Under the pieces are notes generated by a model. It saw only the letters and a list, made by a program, of their open reading frames with translations, had not been told where the DNA came from and made no database searches. DNA of 64,000 nt, taken from NCBI GenBank assembly GCA_963846335.1, contig CAWJVS010000030.1:143863-207862 (forward strand). The letters are read 5' to 3'. A program made the translations under genes and the position numbers. Source of the DNA: an uncultured Bacteroidales bacterium (GTDB lineage Bacteria > Bacteroidota > Bacteroidia > Bacteroidales > VadinHA17). Shown here in pieces: positions 21,641 through 32,315 of this stretch (its first letter is position 1; every line of letters begins with the position of its first letter).

Positions 21641-23080
21641 ATGGAAATCAATCGACGAAATTTTATGAAGAAAGCCACAATTGCAGGATTAACAACCGTG
21701 GCTCTTGCTGCACCGGCAATATCTGATCCGGTTCCGGCTCAAAAATCAAAGAAGAAATCTTCCCCGGCAGCAACTGACAGAATACGGACAGGTTTTATTG
21801 GCGTCGGAAACAGGGGGCAGGGACACCTTCAGACATGTGCAGGATCATCACATGTAGAAATCGTTGCAATTTGTGATGTCTCAGACAGATCCTTGTCTGC
21901 CGCCGGAAAGATCATATCCGGATCAAATCTTCCTGAAGCGAAGGTTTACACCGGAAACGACTTTGCATATCTTGAGATGCTTGCAAAGGAAGATCTGGAT
22001 GCTGTAATAATTTCAACTCCCTGGGAATGGCATACAAGAATGGCTGTTGCTTCTATGAAGTCAGGCGCCTATACCGGCCTGGAGGTGCCCGCCGCAACAA
22101 CTATTGACGAGTGCTGGGACCTGGTCAATACACATGAGGAGACCGGGATCAACCTGATGTTTCTTGAGAATGCCAATTATGACCGTTCTTTCCTGGCAAT
22201 TCTCAACATGGTCCGTCAGGATGTTTTTGGCGAATTGCTGCATTGCAGATGCGGGTATTTGCATGATCTGAGGGGAGTTAAATTCAATGATGGGCTGGAA
22301 TATGATTATGTCCCGGGCCGTCCGCTGAAATTTGGACAGGACGCTTATGCGGAAGCACAGTGGCGTGGATTACATTCCCTGAGACGTAACGGAGATGTTT
22401 ATCCTACACATGGCATCGGACCGGTTGCAAAAGTACTGGATATTCATAATGGCAACAGGTTTTTATCCCTTTCCTCGTTTGCTACTAAGGCAAGAGGATT
22501 AAAGAATTATGTTGATGATCACGGCGGAGCTGACCATCCGCTCTCCAAAGTCCAGTGGAATTGCGGCGATATCGTTACATCAACTATAAATTGTGCCAAT
22601 GGGGAAACGGTTCTCGTGACACATAATTGTAATAACCCAAGGCCTCATGTGGGTGAATACATGGTACAGGGAACAAAAGGGTTGTGGCATGAGGACTGGA
22701 AATCCATCTATATTGAGAACCAGTCTCCTGTGAAGGATGCTTATGAACCTGATGAGAAATGGATTACAAAATATAACCATAAATACTGGAGAGAGGAGGG
22801 TGGAAATGCTGAGGGATCAGGCCATGGGGGCATTGATTATATGGTTTTAAACGATTTTTTTAAGGCAGTAAAGGAAAACAAGCCTGCACCAATTGATGTT
22901 TATGATGCGGCTGCCTGGAGCGCAATTTCCGCACTTTCTGAAATGTCTATTTCAAAGGGAAATTCTCTGGTCGGTTTTCCTGATTTTACTCGCGGCCAAT
23001 GGATCAGGTTCAGGGATGAGAAAGTATTTGCAGCGGATGAAAAATTTCCTATGCTTTCGGACAGGTTCATCAAGTATTGA
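21641..23080 (+). CDS. TAT-exported Gfo/Idh/MocA-family NAD(P) enzyme, GH109-like
   Basis: 479 aa. TAT signal NRRNFMKKATIAGLTTVALAAPA. Rossmann motif TGFIGVGNRGQGHL. Size and leader match GH109-type NAD-dependent glycosidases, but the family call is not verified. Confidence 0.65.
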   Translation: MEINRRNFMKKATIAGLTTVALAAPAISDPVPAQKSKKKSSPAATDRIRTGFIGVGNRGQGHLQTCAGSSHVEIVAICDVSDRSLSAAGKIISGSNLPEAKVYTGNDFAYLEMLAKEDLDAVIISTPWEWHTRMAVASMKSGAYTGLEVPAATTIDECWDLVNTHEETGINLMFLENANYDRSFLAILNMVRQDVFGELLHCRCGYLHDLRGVKFNDGLEYDYVPGRPLKFGQDAYAEAQWRGLHSLRRNGDVYPTHGIGPVAKVLDIHNGNRFLSLSSFATKARGLKNYVDDHGGADHPLSKVQWNCGDIVTSTINCANGETVLVTHNCNNPRPHVGEYMVQGTKGLWHEDWKSIYIENQSPVKDAYEPDEKWITKYNHKYWREEGGNAEGSGHGGIDYMVLNDFFKAVKENKPAPIDVYDAAAWSAISALSEMSISKGNSLVGFPDFTRGQWIRFRDEKVFAADEKFPMLSDRFIKY

Positions 23081-23083
23081 GGT

Positions 23084-23114
23084 GTCAGGCGTCAGGCTTC
23101 TGTCTTCCGTCTTC
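23084..23114. repeat. Short heptamer words GTCAGGC x2 followed by TTCYGTC x2-3 in a convergent intergenic gap
   Basis: Read directly: gtcaggc gtcaggc ttctgtc ttccgtc ttctcat. Confidence 0.6.
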
Positions 23115-23117
23115 TCA

Positions 23118-25149
23118 TCATCGTTCCAGTACAATAATCTCATATACAGCGAGATCTGAGATTTTAATGACAGTGTTGCCTCCTTCTTTGGTAAAGGGTA
23201 CCTCCTTCCTGTTTTCAAAGTCGGGAGACACAGCCCAGGCTTTTTTTATTGTTCCGTTAAATTCCATAGTAATGGCTCCGGCATTGGATGAATTCCTGTA
23301 ACTGAACAGGTGTATGATCTCCCTGTTTTCCTGAGTATCATGTGAAACACCAATCCATTCAGGTGCTTGTACCTCGAGGGGAAGTTTTTTCCCTGCAGCC
23401 CAGTAGACGGCAGATTCCAGTTCATTGGCATTTTCGGGCATCATCCATATAGTTTCCATCCCGAGTTTGATCTCTGCCTCTGGCTGAGTCAGTCCGGACA
23501 GGCAGATGATTTTCCCTCTGCCATAATCAAAGGACAATGGAAATTCCATGCCGGCAGAGGTTATTCCGGAAAGAGCATTACTTTCAAGCCGCATCTCCTC
23601 TGGCAGGCTTACTTTTCCTTAGTCTTCTCCACCGGTCAAACTTTCCTGTGGTTCCTGTCATAACAATGCCTCCACCATCCATTGCATAGTTTTTCAGGGC
23701 TGTTACCGATTCATCTGACAGACTCTCCTGGTTGGCCATAACGACTACATTATACCTGTTCAGCTGACCGAGCTGCTGATCAAATATAATATCAAAAGGT
23801 ATCTGTCTCTGCTGGAGTACCTGCTCCGCCATATTAACCCCGGTCTGGGTGTCGAGATTATTATAGGCCATTGACGGATAACTTCTCAGCACTGCCACCT
23901 TTTCTGCTCCGGTAACATTTGTGAAAAGATCTTTGTACCTCTTCCAGAATTCAAGGTATTGCCTGGCCACGCCTGTCGGAACCTCTGTCCCAAGAAAACC
24001 TATTGTCCTGTTAAGGGCAAGATTCTCGGCAAAATCACCGGGCTTCCCACAATATGTCATAATGTAATTGCCTGTGGTCCTTCCAAGCTTGAAATGGCGA
24101 AATTTACCGATAGCAACACCGTTTTCCCATCTGGGATTGTTATCATCCTCTGTCCAGATAACATTTGTATACTGCATAAGGTCGGGATGATTAATGCCGG
24201 CTTCCCAGGCCCTGTTACTGCCGACCAGACCATGGGGATTCACTTCAATTACAATCTCCTTGTTGAGACTACGGACAAAACGGGCACATTCGGCCAGACG
24301 TGTTGTCATAGTCCAGCATCTGAAATCGATCCATTCCTGAAATGCCGGATCACGGATCTCACTCATCTTATCATATGGATTTTCATTGTTCCAGCTGGGA
24401 GGAAGCACATGAGAAACATCTGAAAAGCCAAATCTTTCTCTTAGCTGATCCTCTGAATACTTTGCCTCAAGGAATTTATGAAAAGCTGAAATTGTTGCCG
24501 GATTGAAATCAGCAGAAGCGGGACTGTTGAGATCGAAATTATCGAAATGGATGAAATCGGTTTTTACCTTTTCAACAACATAGCGCAGAATCTTTTCCCT
24601 GAAATAGGTCATATACCCGTCATGGTTGAAGCATGGTCTGTAGCGGAACGACTGCTGATATCCATAGGGGAGCATCAGGGGTTTTCCATTCTCGTCGGTC
24701 TGGTACCACTTATTGCTCTTCGCTTCAGGAACCTCGGCAAAAAAAGTCTCATATGCCATGTTATTCCACTGAACATATGTATCTGCCTTCATGCCATATT
24801 TATGTGCAATGGCAACAGCCTTAGCCACCTTGTCCATGTATTCCTTTTCCGCCTGAAAACCAAATCCTTTGTAACAGCCGACATGATATACCGTGATACC
24901 TGCTTCTGAAAGGGCTTTGATATATGGTTCGGAAAGCTGATAATCAAATTCATCTTTTTGCCACTGATTGAAATCCGGATTGTTCCTCCTGACCTGGAAG
25001 ATCCATGGTTCGTGTGTGGCGCCTGCATCGGCGAATCCCTGCCTTATCCAGAGCGGAGTGTAGGTGGCGGGATCAGATTTATCGGGTTGTGCTGTAATAC
25101 TGTTGCTTAAAAATATAAGCACCGGAATGAGCAAAAGGTATGTTCTCAT
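23118..25149 (-). CDS. Secreted GH42-like glycoside hydrolase candidate; one frame change near 23590
   Basis: Signal MRTYLLLIPVLIFLSNSITAQ. TIM-barrel-like N-terminal half. It has a GH42 trimerisation/GATase-like segment IPFDIIFDQQLGQLNRYNVVVMANQESLSDESVTALKNYAMDGGGIVMTG. The C-terminal piece is ORF 23118..23594. Confidence 0.5.
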
Positions 25150-25271
25150 TGTTATTGTTCAATGATTTTATTAATTTTAATTATCTCAATTTACGTACTA
25201 AGATAACTCAATTTGATCTATTCTTGCTGATATCAAATAGTTTCAATTCTACAACCCTGAATCTCTGTATT

Positions 25272-27488
25272 ATGAACTGCAAACTCCCAACAAATCTGAT
25301 GGTTACAATTATTCCGGCACTGTGTCTGTCTGCTTCATTGATGGCGCAATACGAGCAATCAAGTCACAGAACGCTCCCGGAAGGAGCCATTCCGGTCACC
25401 GGACCCGGTTCATACGATAAAGCAGGATCGACCTATATGCTGCAAAATGATATCAGGAGCGATGCAAGCACAATTTTTCTTGGAAAGGATGTAACCCTCG
25501 ACCTCAACGGTTATACATTAACTTTTGCTGATGGAAATTATCAGCATGTCAAAAACTATGGTTTTGAGGATGGCATTACAGGATGGGATATAACGAAAGC
25601 CTCCGGAGCAAAGATCGAGAATACAGCTGATGTGCATGCCTTTATCGGTGATAAGTTGCTTAGACTTAAGGCAGGTGACGAGATTACATCCTCTTATGTC
25701 TATCTTCCTGTAGCGCACAGGTCATATTTTGCAATGTGTGGCATCACAGGGAACTATTATGAAGACATGGGCGGAGATCTGAGCAAGGATATGAGGATCA
25801 GTATTTTTGTTGAAGATGAAAATGGAAAAGAGATAACGGTAAAGACAAATTACGGCGATACCGTCATGATTAGTTGTCCGGTGATTGACCGGTCAGCTCA
25901 GCTTGGAGGAGGATTTATTTTTGCCCATCTCAACAATCTGCCGGCAGGAAATTACCGTATCAGAGTCAGAGCTGAAAATGATTGTCTTGTGGACGAAATT
26001 GATATCCGCCCTGCAATGGATGTGGGAATAGGTATTGTAGGCAGAACTCACCCGATGGGTTCTTATGATCACCTTTACAACAGGAACCATTCGGCCTTTT
26101 TCGATTATACAGCCGATGTCAGAGATGGCAGACCCATTGATAGCATACCTGTTCTTAAAGGTATAGGCACTGTCACAATCAGAAACGGCGTGATCAGGAA
26201 TGGTACAACTGGCATTTTATCATGGGGTATTCAATCCACGGCAGAAAATGTCAGGATTATCCTGGATAATGTTAAAATAATTTCCTCAGGAATTAATACA
26301 ACTGCAGCGGACCTCTTGCAGGGAACGATTACCGGTTGTACGTTCGACATTCACAATCCATTTATCATAAATCGTCATGGTTCAGAGTTTTATGCTGTGG
26401 ATCTTCAGGGGGAACAACCCTCTGAAGTTTCCTTCTGTGATTTTTATGGCGGACAGGGCTGCCTCTGTTTTAAGGGGAAATATTCGGATATTCACCATAA
26501 CTACTTTGTCAACAGGCAGACAGTTACAAACCATTACAGCGTGATGGCAATGGGAGACGGATCCAGAGTCTTTGAGAATATGTTCAAACCTGAGATCGGA
26601 TCCGGACTGGAGATTTTCAGGCACAGGGATATCCAGATATTTAATAATGAATTCCATATCAGCGCTGCACCTCCAAGTTGTGAGTATAGTAAGCACCTGA
26701 GTACAAATTGCATTCGCCTGGCTGATTACGGTGCTTCGAAAGGATCGCCAGAAGGCTGCTATGGCATCAGGGTATACAATAACAGGTTTTACATAACTGG
26801 CCGTAAGTACGAGAAATATCCTGATTTCATTCCAATGGCCTCCGCTTTTTTCTACAGTGCAAGTGCAGGTGATAATGAAATATTCGGCAATGAGATCATA
26901 ATAAACCAGGAGAATCCGGAAACTGACGCGGAGGCTTTTGCATTTTATATCGGTAATGCCAGCGGCGGTAAGATTCATGATAATAATATCATCTCCAATG
27001 TGACACCAATATGGGTCGGATCATCATACGGTAAAGCGGAGAATACCGATCTTGAAGGCAATGTAATTGTAAAGGCCGCTGATACTAAAATTGATTTTGT
27101 TCCCATCAGAATCGGATCATATGAACAGCCTGATTATCTCGCGGCAGGTACCAGAATCCGTTCAAATGAATTTAAAGGATTGGATTTCGGAATAAAAGCC
27201 ACTGACCAGCACCATTCATATATTGTCGCCTGGACCTTGATTATCAATTTGCATGACAAAACCGGAAAACCACTCACCGGTATTGATTTAGTAATAACTG
27301 ACAAAAATAAAAAAGTGGTGTTCCAAAAGCCTTCTGACCTTTTTGGATCTGTAATGACCGAACTGCCTGAATATGCTGTTGATGGTGATTTGAAGACTTT
27401 TTCTTCACCATATACAATTATTGCAGGGAAGAAGAAAATTGTGGTTGAACTTAAGAAAAACGTTGACCTTGACCTGGTAATCAATTAA
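25272..27488 (+). CDS. Secreted right-handed beta-helix (PbH1-repeat) protein with an N-terminal CBM-like insert; probable polysaccharide lyase/hydrolase
   Basis: Signal MNCKLPTNLMVTIIPALCLSASLMAQ at an internal ATG of ORF 25140..27488. CBM-like segment NYGFEDGITGWD. Repeated turns include IRNGVIRNGT, IILDNVKIISSG, IHHNYFVN, IQIFNNEFHI, IRVYNNRFYI, NEIFGNEIII and KIHDNNIISN. Confidence 0.6.
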   Translation: MNCKLPTNLMVTIIPALCLSASLMAQYEQSSHRTLPEGAIPVTGPGSYDKAGSTYMLQNDIRSDASTIFLGKDVTLDLNGYTLTFADGNYQHVKNYGFEDGITGWDITKASGAKIENTADVHAFIGDKLLRLKAGDEITSSYVYLPVAHRSYFAMCGITGNYYEDMGGDLSKDMRISIFVEDENGKEITVKTNYGDTVMISCPVIDRSAQLGGGFIFAHLNNLPAGNYRIRVRAENDCLVDEIDIRPAMDVGIGIVGRTHPMGSYDHLYNRNHSAFFDYTADVRDGRPIDSIPVLKGIGTVTIRNGVIRNGTTGILSWGIQSTAENVRIILDNVKIISSGINTTAADLLQGTITGCTFDIHNPFIINRHGSEFYAVDLQGEQPSEVSFCDFYGGQGCLCFKGKYSDIHHNYFVNRQTVTNHYSVMAMGDGSRVFENMFKPEIGSGLEIFRHRDIQIFNNEFHISAAPPSCEYSKHLSTNCIRLADYGASKGSPEGCYGIRVYNNRFYITGRKYEKYPDFIPMASAFFYSASAGDNEIFGNEIIINQENPETDAEAFAFYIGNASGGKIHDNNIISNVTPIWVGSSYGKAENTDLEGNVIVKAADTKIDFVPIRIGSYEQPDYLAAGTRIRSNEFKGLDFGIKATDQHHSYIVAWTLIINLHDKTGKPLTGIDLVITDKNKKVVFQKPSDLFGSVMTELPEYAVDGDLKTFSSPYTIIAGKKKIVVELKKNVDLDLVIN

Positions 27489-27530
27489 TTTGTTCAGGAC
27501 AGGTCTGAATTGATAATTAACAAATTGATT

Positions 27531-29184
27531 ATGCTGAGTAAATTGACTATTCTGTCTTTCGTGCTTTTAATATTATTTAATTTAGCTGAAGCACAGGAAA
27601 ATATTCTGATCAACGAGACATTCGATAATGACCAACTAGCCGAGCAGAGGCTGGTATGATGGAGAATCCTGCAGGATATTTAAGGACTCTTTCCGGGGAG
27701 CAGGCTGCATTGAATATGAATGGATAAAAGGTGTTCAGCTGGCACAGGGCTCATCTCCCCGGCGACATCTTTTTACACCCAATGAAGAAGTCTATATCAG
27801 GTTCTATCTGAGATTGTCAAAAGACTGGCAATGGACAGGAGTGAACTGGCATCCGCACCTGACACATTTTCTGACAACTGAAAATTCCGAATTTCACGGT
27901 CCTGCTGCAAGTCATCTTACTTTGTATGTAGAACCGGTGAATGGAAGACTCCGTCTTGCGGCCTCCGACATTCAGAATGAAAGTATGCCGCATGGGCTCA
28001 CACAAGGACCGCTTAAAGGCGGGTATAACGGGATGCTTTATGATAGTAAGGACCAGCTTTTTACTGATGATAAGTGGCATTGCATAGAAGCTTACTTCAG
28101 GTTGAATTCTCTTGATTTAAAAAACGACAGGCCAAACATGGACGGTGTTGTCAGAGGATGGTTTGACGGGAAACTTGTTATTGATAAAACGGATGTAATA
28201 CTGCGATCCACCGATTTTCCGGATATGAAGATAAACCAGTTTTTAATGGCCCCTTACTTTGGCCCCGGGCTTCTTAATAACTCACAGCGACTGTGGATCG
28301 ATGAACTTGTTGTATCTTCAAAAAGAATCGGCCCTCTCTCTGATCATGAGATTAGTTCCGGAATATTTCTTTCCACCGACCGTACATGGATAAGTGATGA
28401 CAGGGAAAAGAGATTCACATACGGCTTAAATATTAAATCCCCATGGGAGAACGGAGGAACTCTTTTCATGCATTTTCCCGAGCATCTGGAATATAATCCG
28501 GTAGGCAATACAATACTCCGGCATTACGATAGTATTCCTACACCATGGATCATTTCTCCTGACGGGCAGCAGGCTTCCTACAGGGTGGAAAGTCCGGCTT
28601 TGCATAATGTATTTATTGAATCTTTTGTCAGACAGATATCTGAAAAGGAACTTCCGATCAACGTATCCGGTGTTAAGCTGGCAATGCACATCATCAATAA
28701 AGGTACTGAAGTCCTTCCGGTTATCCGCCCGCTGATTTGCGTTCAATACAGCGGATTATCCGGATTCCCCGCTAAACTGGATCAGAATTATGAGCATAAT
28801 TTTATTATGGTAAACGGGGAACTTAAGGCTCTGTCCGACCTTATCACCGCAGATCCCAACACAACATTCAAAGGTTGTGTCGTCAGAGGTTGTCCTCAAC
28901 GGGACACACGGTCAGAAGCAGCAGGAGGTCTGATCGTACAGGATATGGACCTGGCTCTCTCAGTTGTTACATCAATGGATAACAAACGCAAACTGATTAT
29001 CTGGTGGACGCCTGGTAAAAGTATGATTGCCAATGCAAATATACCCTGCATGCATGCTGATCCCTATTTTGGAACCCTTAAACCCGGGGAGGAGGCCTTC
29101 GCCGAGGGAATAATCCTGTTTACAGATGACGATCCGAAACCAATCATCAAATACCTGATTGACCGGGACAGGAAAGTCTTTTAA
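27531..29184 (+). CDS. Secreted jelly-roll (concanavalin-like) polysaccharide-lyase-like protein plus an unknown C-terminal domain; one frame change near 27645
   Basis: Signal MLSKLTILSFVLLILFNLAEAQ, then a frame hop to GWYDGES...EVYIRFYLRLSKDWQWTG...VVRGWFDGKLVIDKTDV...QRLWIDELVVSSKRIGPL. The pattern is shared with gene 51565..52779. Confidence 0.45.
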
Positions 29185-29191
29185 ACTGTTT

Positions 29192-30208
29192 TCAGGTGGC
29201 AGTCAATCCGCCGTCAATATATCCCGGACGTGCCCACGACAGAGCATGAGGACCTGAATAGCGTGCCATCCGTTGTTCAAGCTCTTTTTTATTGAGGCTG
29301 GAAATTCCTGTCTTACTGAAATCCCTGGCAAGCTGCAGATTCTCCTTCAAACTGTTTATTCCAAAATGTCCTACAAGAGCTGAGGATACTCCATCCAGTG
29401 ACCAGACATATTCCAGCAGTTCCCTTGGAGTGGAATCCTTTCCTACAATGTCCCGGAGTGCTTTCATAGCAATGACACCGACATTTTTCTTTCTCGCTGC
29501 CGGAAGAGTTATGCTGATGAAGTTACCGTGGTTTGTTGCGTTCATTGCTAACAATACGGCATCAAAATCAAGCTTTTCAATTAATTCCGCTGATCTTTCG
29601 GCACTGTCCATGGAAGAAAACCCGATGTATTTTGTCATTCCCGAGGCTTTAAGGTCAACCATGGTTTTATACAGTCCTTTTTCAATTTCTGAAGTGCTGT
29701 CTGCAGGCAATATGGCATGTATAAAAAGAATGTCAACATGATCGGTTTTAAGTCGCTTAAGACTTGCTTCCAGTTCGGCCTTTGCTTTTCCGGGATCTCT
29801 GGACTCTAATTTTGTCGATAGTATAATCTTGTTTCTGTGCATTGTCAATAATTGCCCATACCGGTCCTCACTATCAGGTGATTTTGAGCCTCCCGGGTTC
29901 ATTGCGGCTGAAGTATAAGTTGAAGCAGTATCAAAAAGGTTAATGCCCCCCGAAACCGCAGCTTCAAGAACCTGTTCCCAGTCTCCGTTCTGGTTTCTCA
30001 GAAACTGTGAACCTCCCCCAAATGACAGGAGCGATACCTCCAACCCTGTTTTCCCAAGCTTTCTGCGTAATATTTCAGCCCCTGCATCTTTAAGTCCGGT
30101 GATATTATCTGATGAGGGGATCAATCCATAAGCCGAAACAGCTGCAATGGCTCCGGCACTGTTTTGAATGAACTTTCTGCGTGTCATTCCGGATCTGTTG
30201 TTTTTCAT
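29192..30208 (-). CDS. Aldo/keto reductase with TAT-type signal peptide
   Basis: 338 aa. Signal MTRRKFIQNSAGAIAAVSAYG, followed by the AKR core RKLGKTGLEVSLLSFGG...NLFDTASTY...DILFIHA. Confidence 0.85.
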   Translation of the reverse strand: MKNNRSGMTRRKFIQNSAGAIAAVSAYGLIPSSDNITGLKDAGAEILRRKLGKTGLEVSLLSFGGGSQFLRNQNGDWEQVLEAAVSGGINLFDTASTYTSAAMNPGGSKSPDSEDRYGQLLTMHRNKIILSTKLESRDPGKAKAELEASLKRLKTDHVDILFIHAILPADSTSEIEKGLYKTMVDLKASGMTKYIGFSSMDSAERSAELIEKLDFDAVLLAMNATNHGNFISITLPAARKKNVGVIAMKALRDIVGKDSTPRELLEYVWSLDGVSSALVGHFGINSLKENLQLARDFSKTGISSLNKKELEQRMARYSGPHALSWARPGYIDGGLTAT

Positions 30209-30297
30209 TTTGTCAGGTTTTTAATTGATCAAAATTGTCTTACATCATTACTTATCATATATAAAACAATCAATATCAGGAAAAGATTTAAAAATAA

Positions 30298-31206
30298 TCA
30301 GGGAATTGTTGTAATTGGTTCTTTCCCGAGTTTTACAAGCAAATCCTGCGACCACTGATATGCCGGGGGAATATTACCATTTATACGGATCCTTGCAGGT
30401 GACAACAGTGCAGGAATTTGCCAGACATCAGTGATCCTGAGGCAATTGAGCATCTCTGTTGCAGCTCCTTTACCGTACGGATCACTGGTCGTATCCTGAG
30501 TTTCAGGAGGATTTTTCAAAATAACTGATTCGCAGTTGCCGTCCATTAAAGCTGCATACAAAGCTACAACAGACATATCATCCCTGGCAGCGATGGATAC
30601 CTTTCCAGGGTCTATACCTGGTAGCGTGCGACAAAATTCCAGGCAACGGAGAAGGTCATAAACCTGCATTGAGGCAACCGTTCTGCCAGTCCAGGCTGAA
30701 GCTCTCCTGACGTGCCATTGCAATCCTGGCGCCCAGCCGGATTCTCCAATCCCTCTTACCTCGAGGAAAGCTATATTCTCTCCTGTTGAAATTCCCTCAG
30801 CAAAATTCTCAGTATCCCATCGGTCTTCATCATAATTGCGCAGGACGATTACCAGGGGATTCATGCTGTCGGGTCTGTGAGCCCAGTGAATATCTATCTT
30901 CAGCCGCCAGCCCTCTTCGGATACAAAACTAAAAATCTCCTCCCCGAATCTGCCTCCATCGAGAGTCCTGTATTCCAGGAGTTTATTTAATGGGGCTTTC
31001 CTTTCAGGGAATGCTCCAAATGTTCTTATCGCCAGAAATTTCCTGACTGAATCCCTGTAAGCAGTTAGGCCGGTTTCATCTGAGATATCAGGCGCTGCCG
31101 GCAACTTTACAAATGAATCCTGTATTGATGAAGTCCTGTCATCCGGCGGGGGGCCATCGTTATAAACTCTTAACTCATCGGCTGATAAATAGCCTGTTAT
31201 GGACAA
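30298..31206 (-). CDS. Alpha/beta-hydrolase-like protein related to the upstream esterase; canonical GxSxG not evident
   Basis: 302 aa from a TTG start. It overlaps the reconstructed stop of the upstream gene by about 10 nt. At the position expected for the nucleophile elbow it reads VSIAARDDMSVVALYAA. Confidence 0.45.
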   Translation of the reverse strand: MSITGYLSADELRVYNDGPPPDDRTSSIQDSFVKLPAAPDISDETGLTAYRDSVRKFLAIRTFGAFPERKAPLNKLLEYRTLDGGRFGEEIFSFVSEEGWRLKIDIHWAHRPDSMNPLVIVLRNYDEDRWDTENFAEGISTGENIAFLEVRGIGESGWAPGLQWHVRRASAWTGRTVASMQVYDLLRCLEFCRTLPGIDPGKVSIAARDDMSVVALYAALMDGNCESVILKNPPETQDTTSDPYGKGAATEMLNCLRITDVWQIPALLSPARIRINGNIPPAYQWSQDLLVKLGKEPITTIP

Positions 31207-32315
31207 GGGTCCTCAATATCTCCTGCCTCTTCAGGAGAAATATCTTTACCCATAAGGTGTTTAATGAAAAATGAAAAGATACTTCTCCCTCGAGATCATA
31301 TGATAGGAATGACCACCCGGGGTTTCAACAAGTCCGATATTATCTGTGCATTATACAGTTTATAGATCTTACCGATGTGCTCATTAAGTTCCCGTACCGA
31401 TTCGATTATGTTTAACCCGTCACGGTCAGCCTGGCAGATCAGGAGCGGTCTGGGAGCTATGAGAGCTCCTATATCCATAAAATCCTGTCTGTAAGTATTT
31501 ATTGGCATCATGCAGTCGCAATGGCCATCTATTGTACGGGAGGTGATCTGAGCCTTAAGAGTGCTCGCTCCGCAGACAGGAGCAACAGCTCTTATGCGGG
31601 GATCAACCGCGGCTATATAGAAGCTTTGTGATCCTCCGCCTGAAATACCGGTAACTCCCAGCTTCTCCGGGTCAACCTCTGATCTCGAACACAATAGATC
31701 CAGGCCTCTTATTGCATTCCAAACTTCAACTCCCGCGGGATTATAGCCGCGACTGTACCAATTGAACCATCCTTCGGAATAAGGGCCCCAGTGGTGTCCC
31801 TTTACCTCTCCAAACTGGATCGTTTCAATAATCAGGCAAACAAATCCCAGACTGGCAAATTTCCTTGGATGGGCCTGGTAATGTACTTTCTGGGATGGAG
31901 AATGTCCGCAAACATATAGTATGGCCGGTAGTGGACCTTTTATATTATCAGGAACGTAAAGGTTTGCCCGGACATATAGTCCCGGAACAGATTCATAATA
32001 GAGCTTTTCAATATGATAGCCCTTTTCCTGTGTTGTACCGGTAACCTTTACATTAAGCGGAGTTCTGTTTCCTTTCAGTGGCATATCTGCGAGGCTCAGC
32101 ATGTCAATCAGTTCGTTATACCGGGTGTTCCTGATATTTTCCCAGTCGTGAAGCGAATGAATTCCGGAAAGTGAACTATCTGATATAACTGCTGCTTTTT
32201 GTACCAGATAACTGCGGATATTGTTATGTTCGCCTGAAGATTGTTTTTCTTCTGCACAACCGGATATAAATAAGATGAAAATAACAAACCCGCAAAGAAG
32301 GATACACTTTTTCAT
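31197..32315 (-). CDS. Acetyl-xylan-esterase/dienelactone-hydrolase-like alpha/beta hydrolase lipoprotein; two frame changes near its 3' end (about 31342 and 31280)
   Basis: Lipoprotein signal MKKCILLCGFVIFILFISGCAEEK. Nucleophile elbow GISGGGSQSF. The 3' end continues in other frames as DNIGLVETPGGHSYH and FIKHLMGKDISPEEAGDIEDPCP*. Confidence 0.6.

Noticed and set aside
25140-25271. Upstream extension of the beta-helix ORF (track start at 25140)
   Set aside because: The extension overlaps the start of the divergent gene and is AT-rich, low-complexity sequence. A proper signal peptide begins at ATG 25272.
26382-26978. 198-aa minus-strand ORF inside the beta-helix gene. Similar shadow ORFs: 11024..11509, 1373..1672, 913..1119, 6421..6789, 15090..15566, 34866..35327 and 57817..58299.
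   Set aside because: All are antisense or out of frame within genes whose sense frame carries family motifs. None has a signal, motif or plausible start context.
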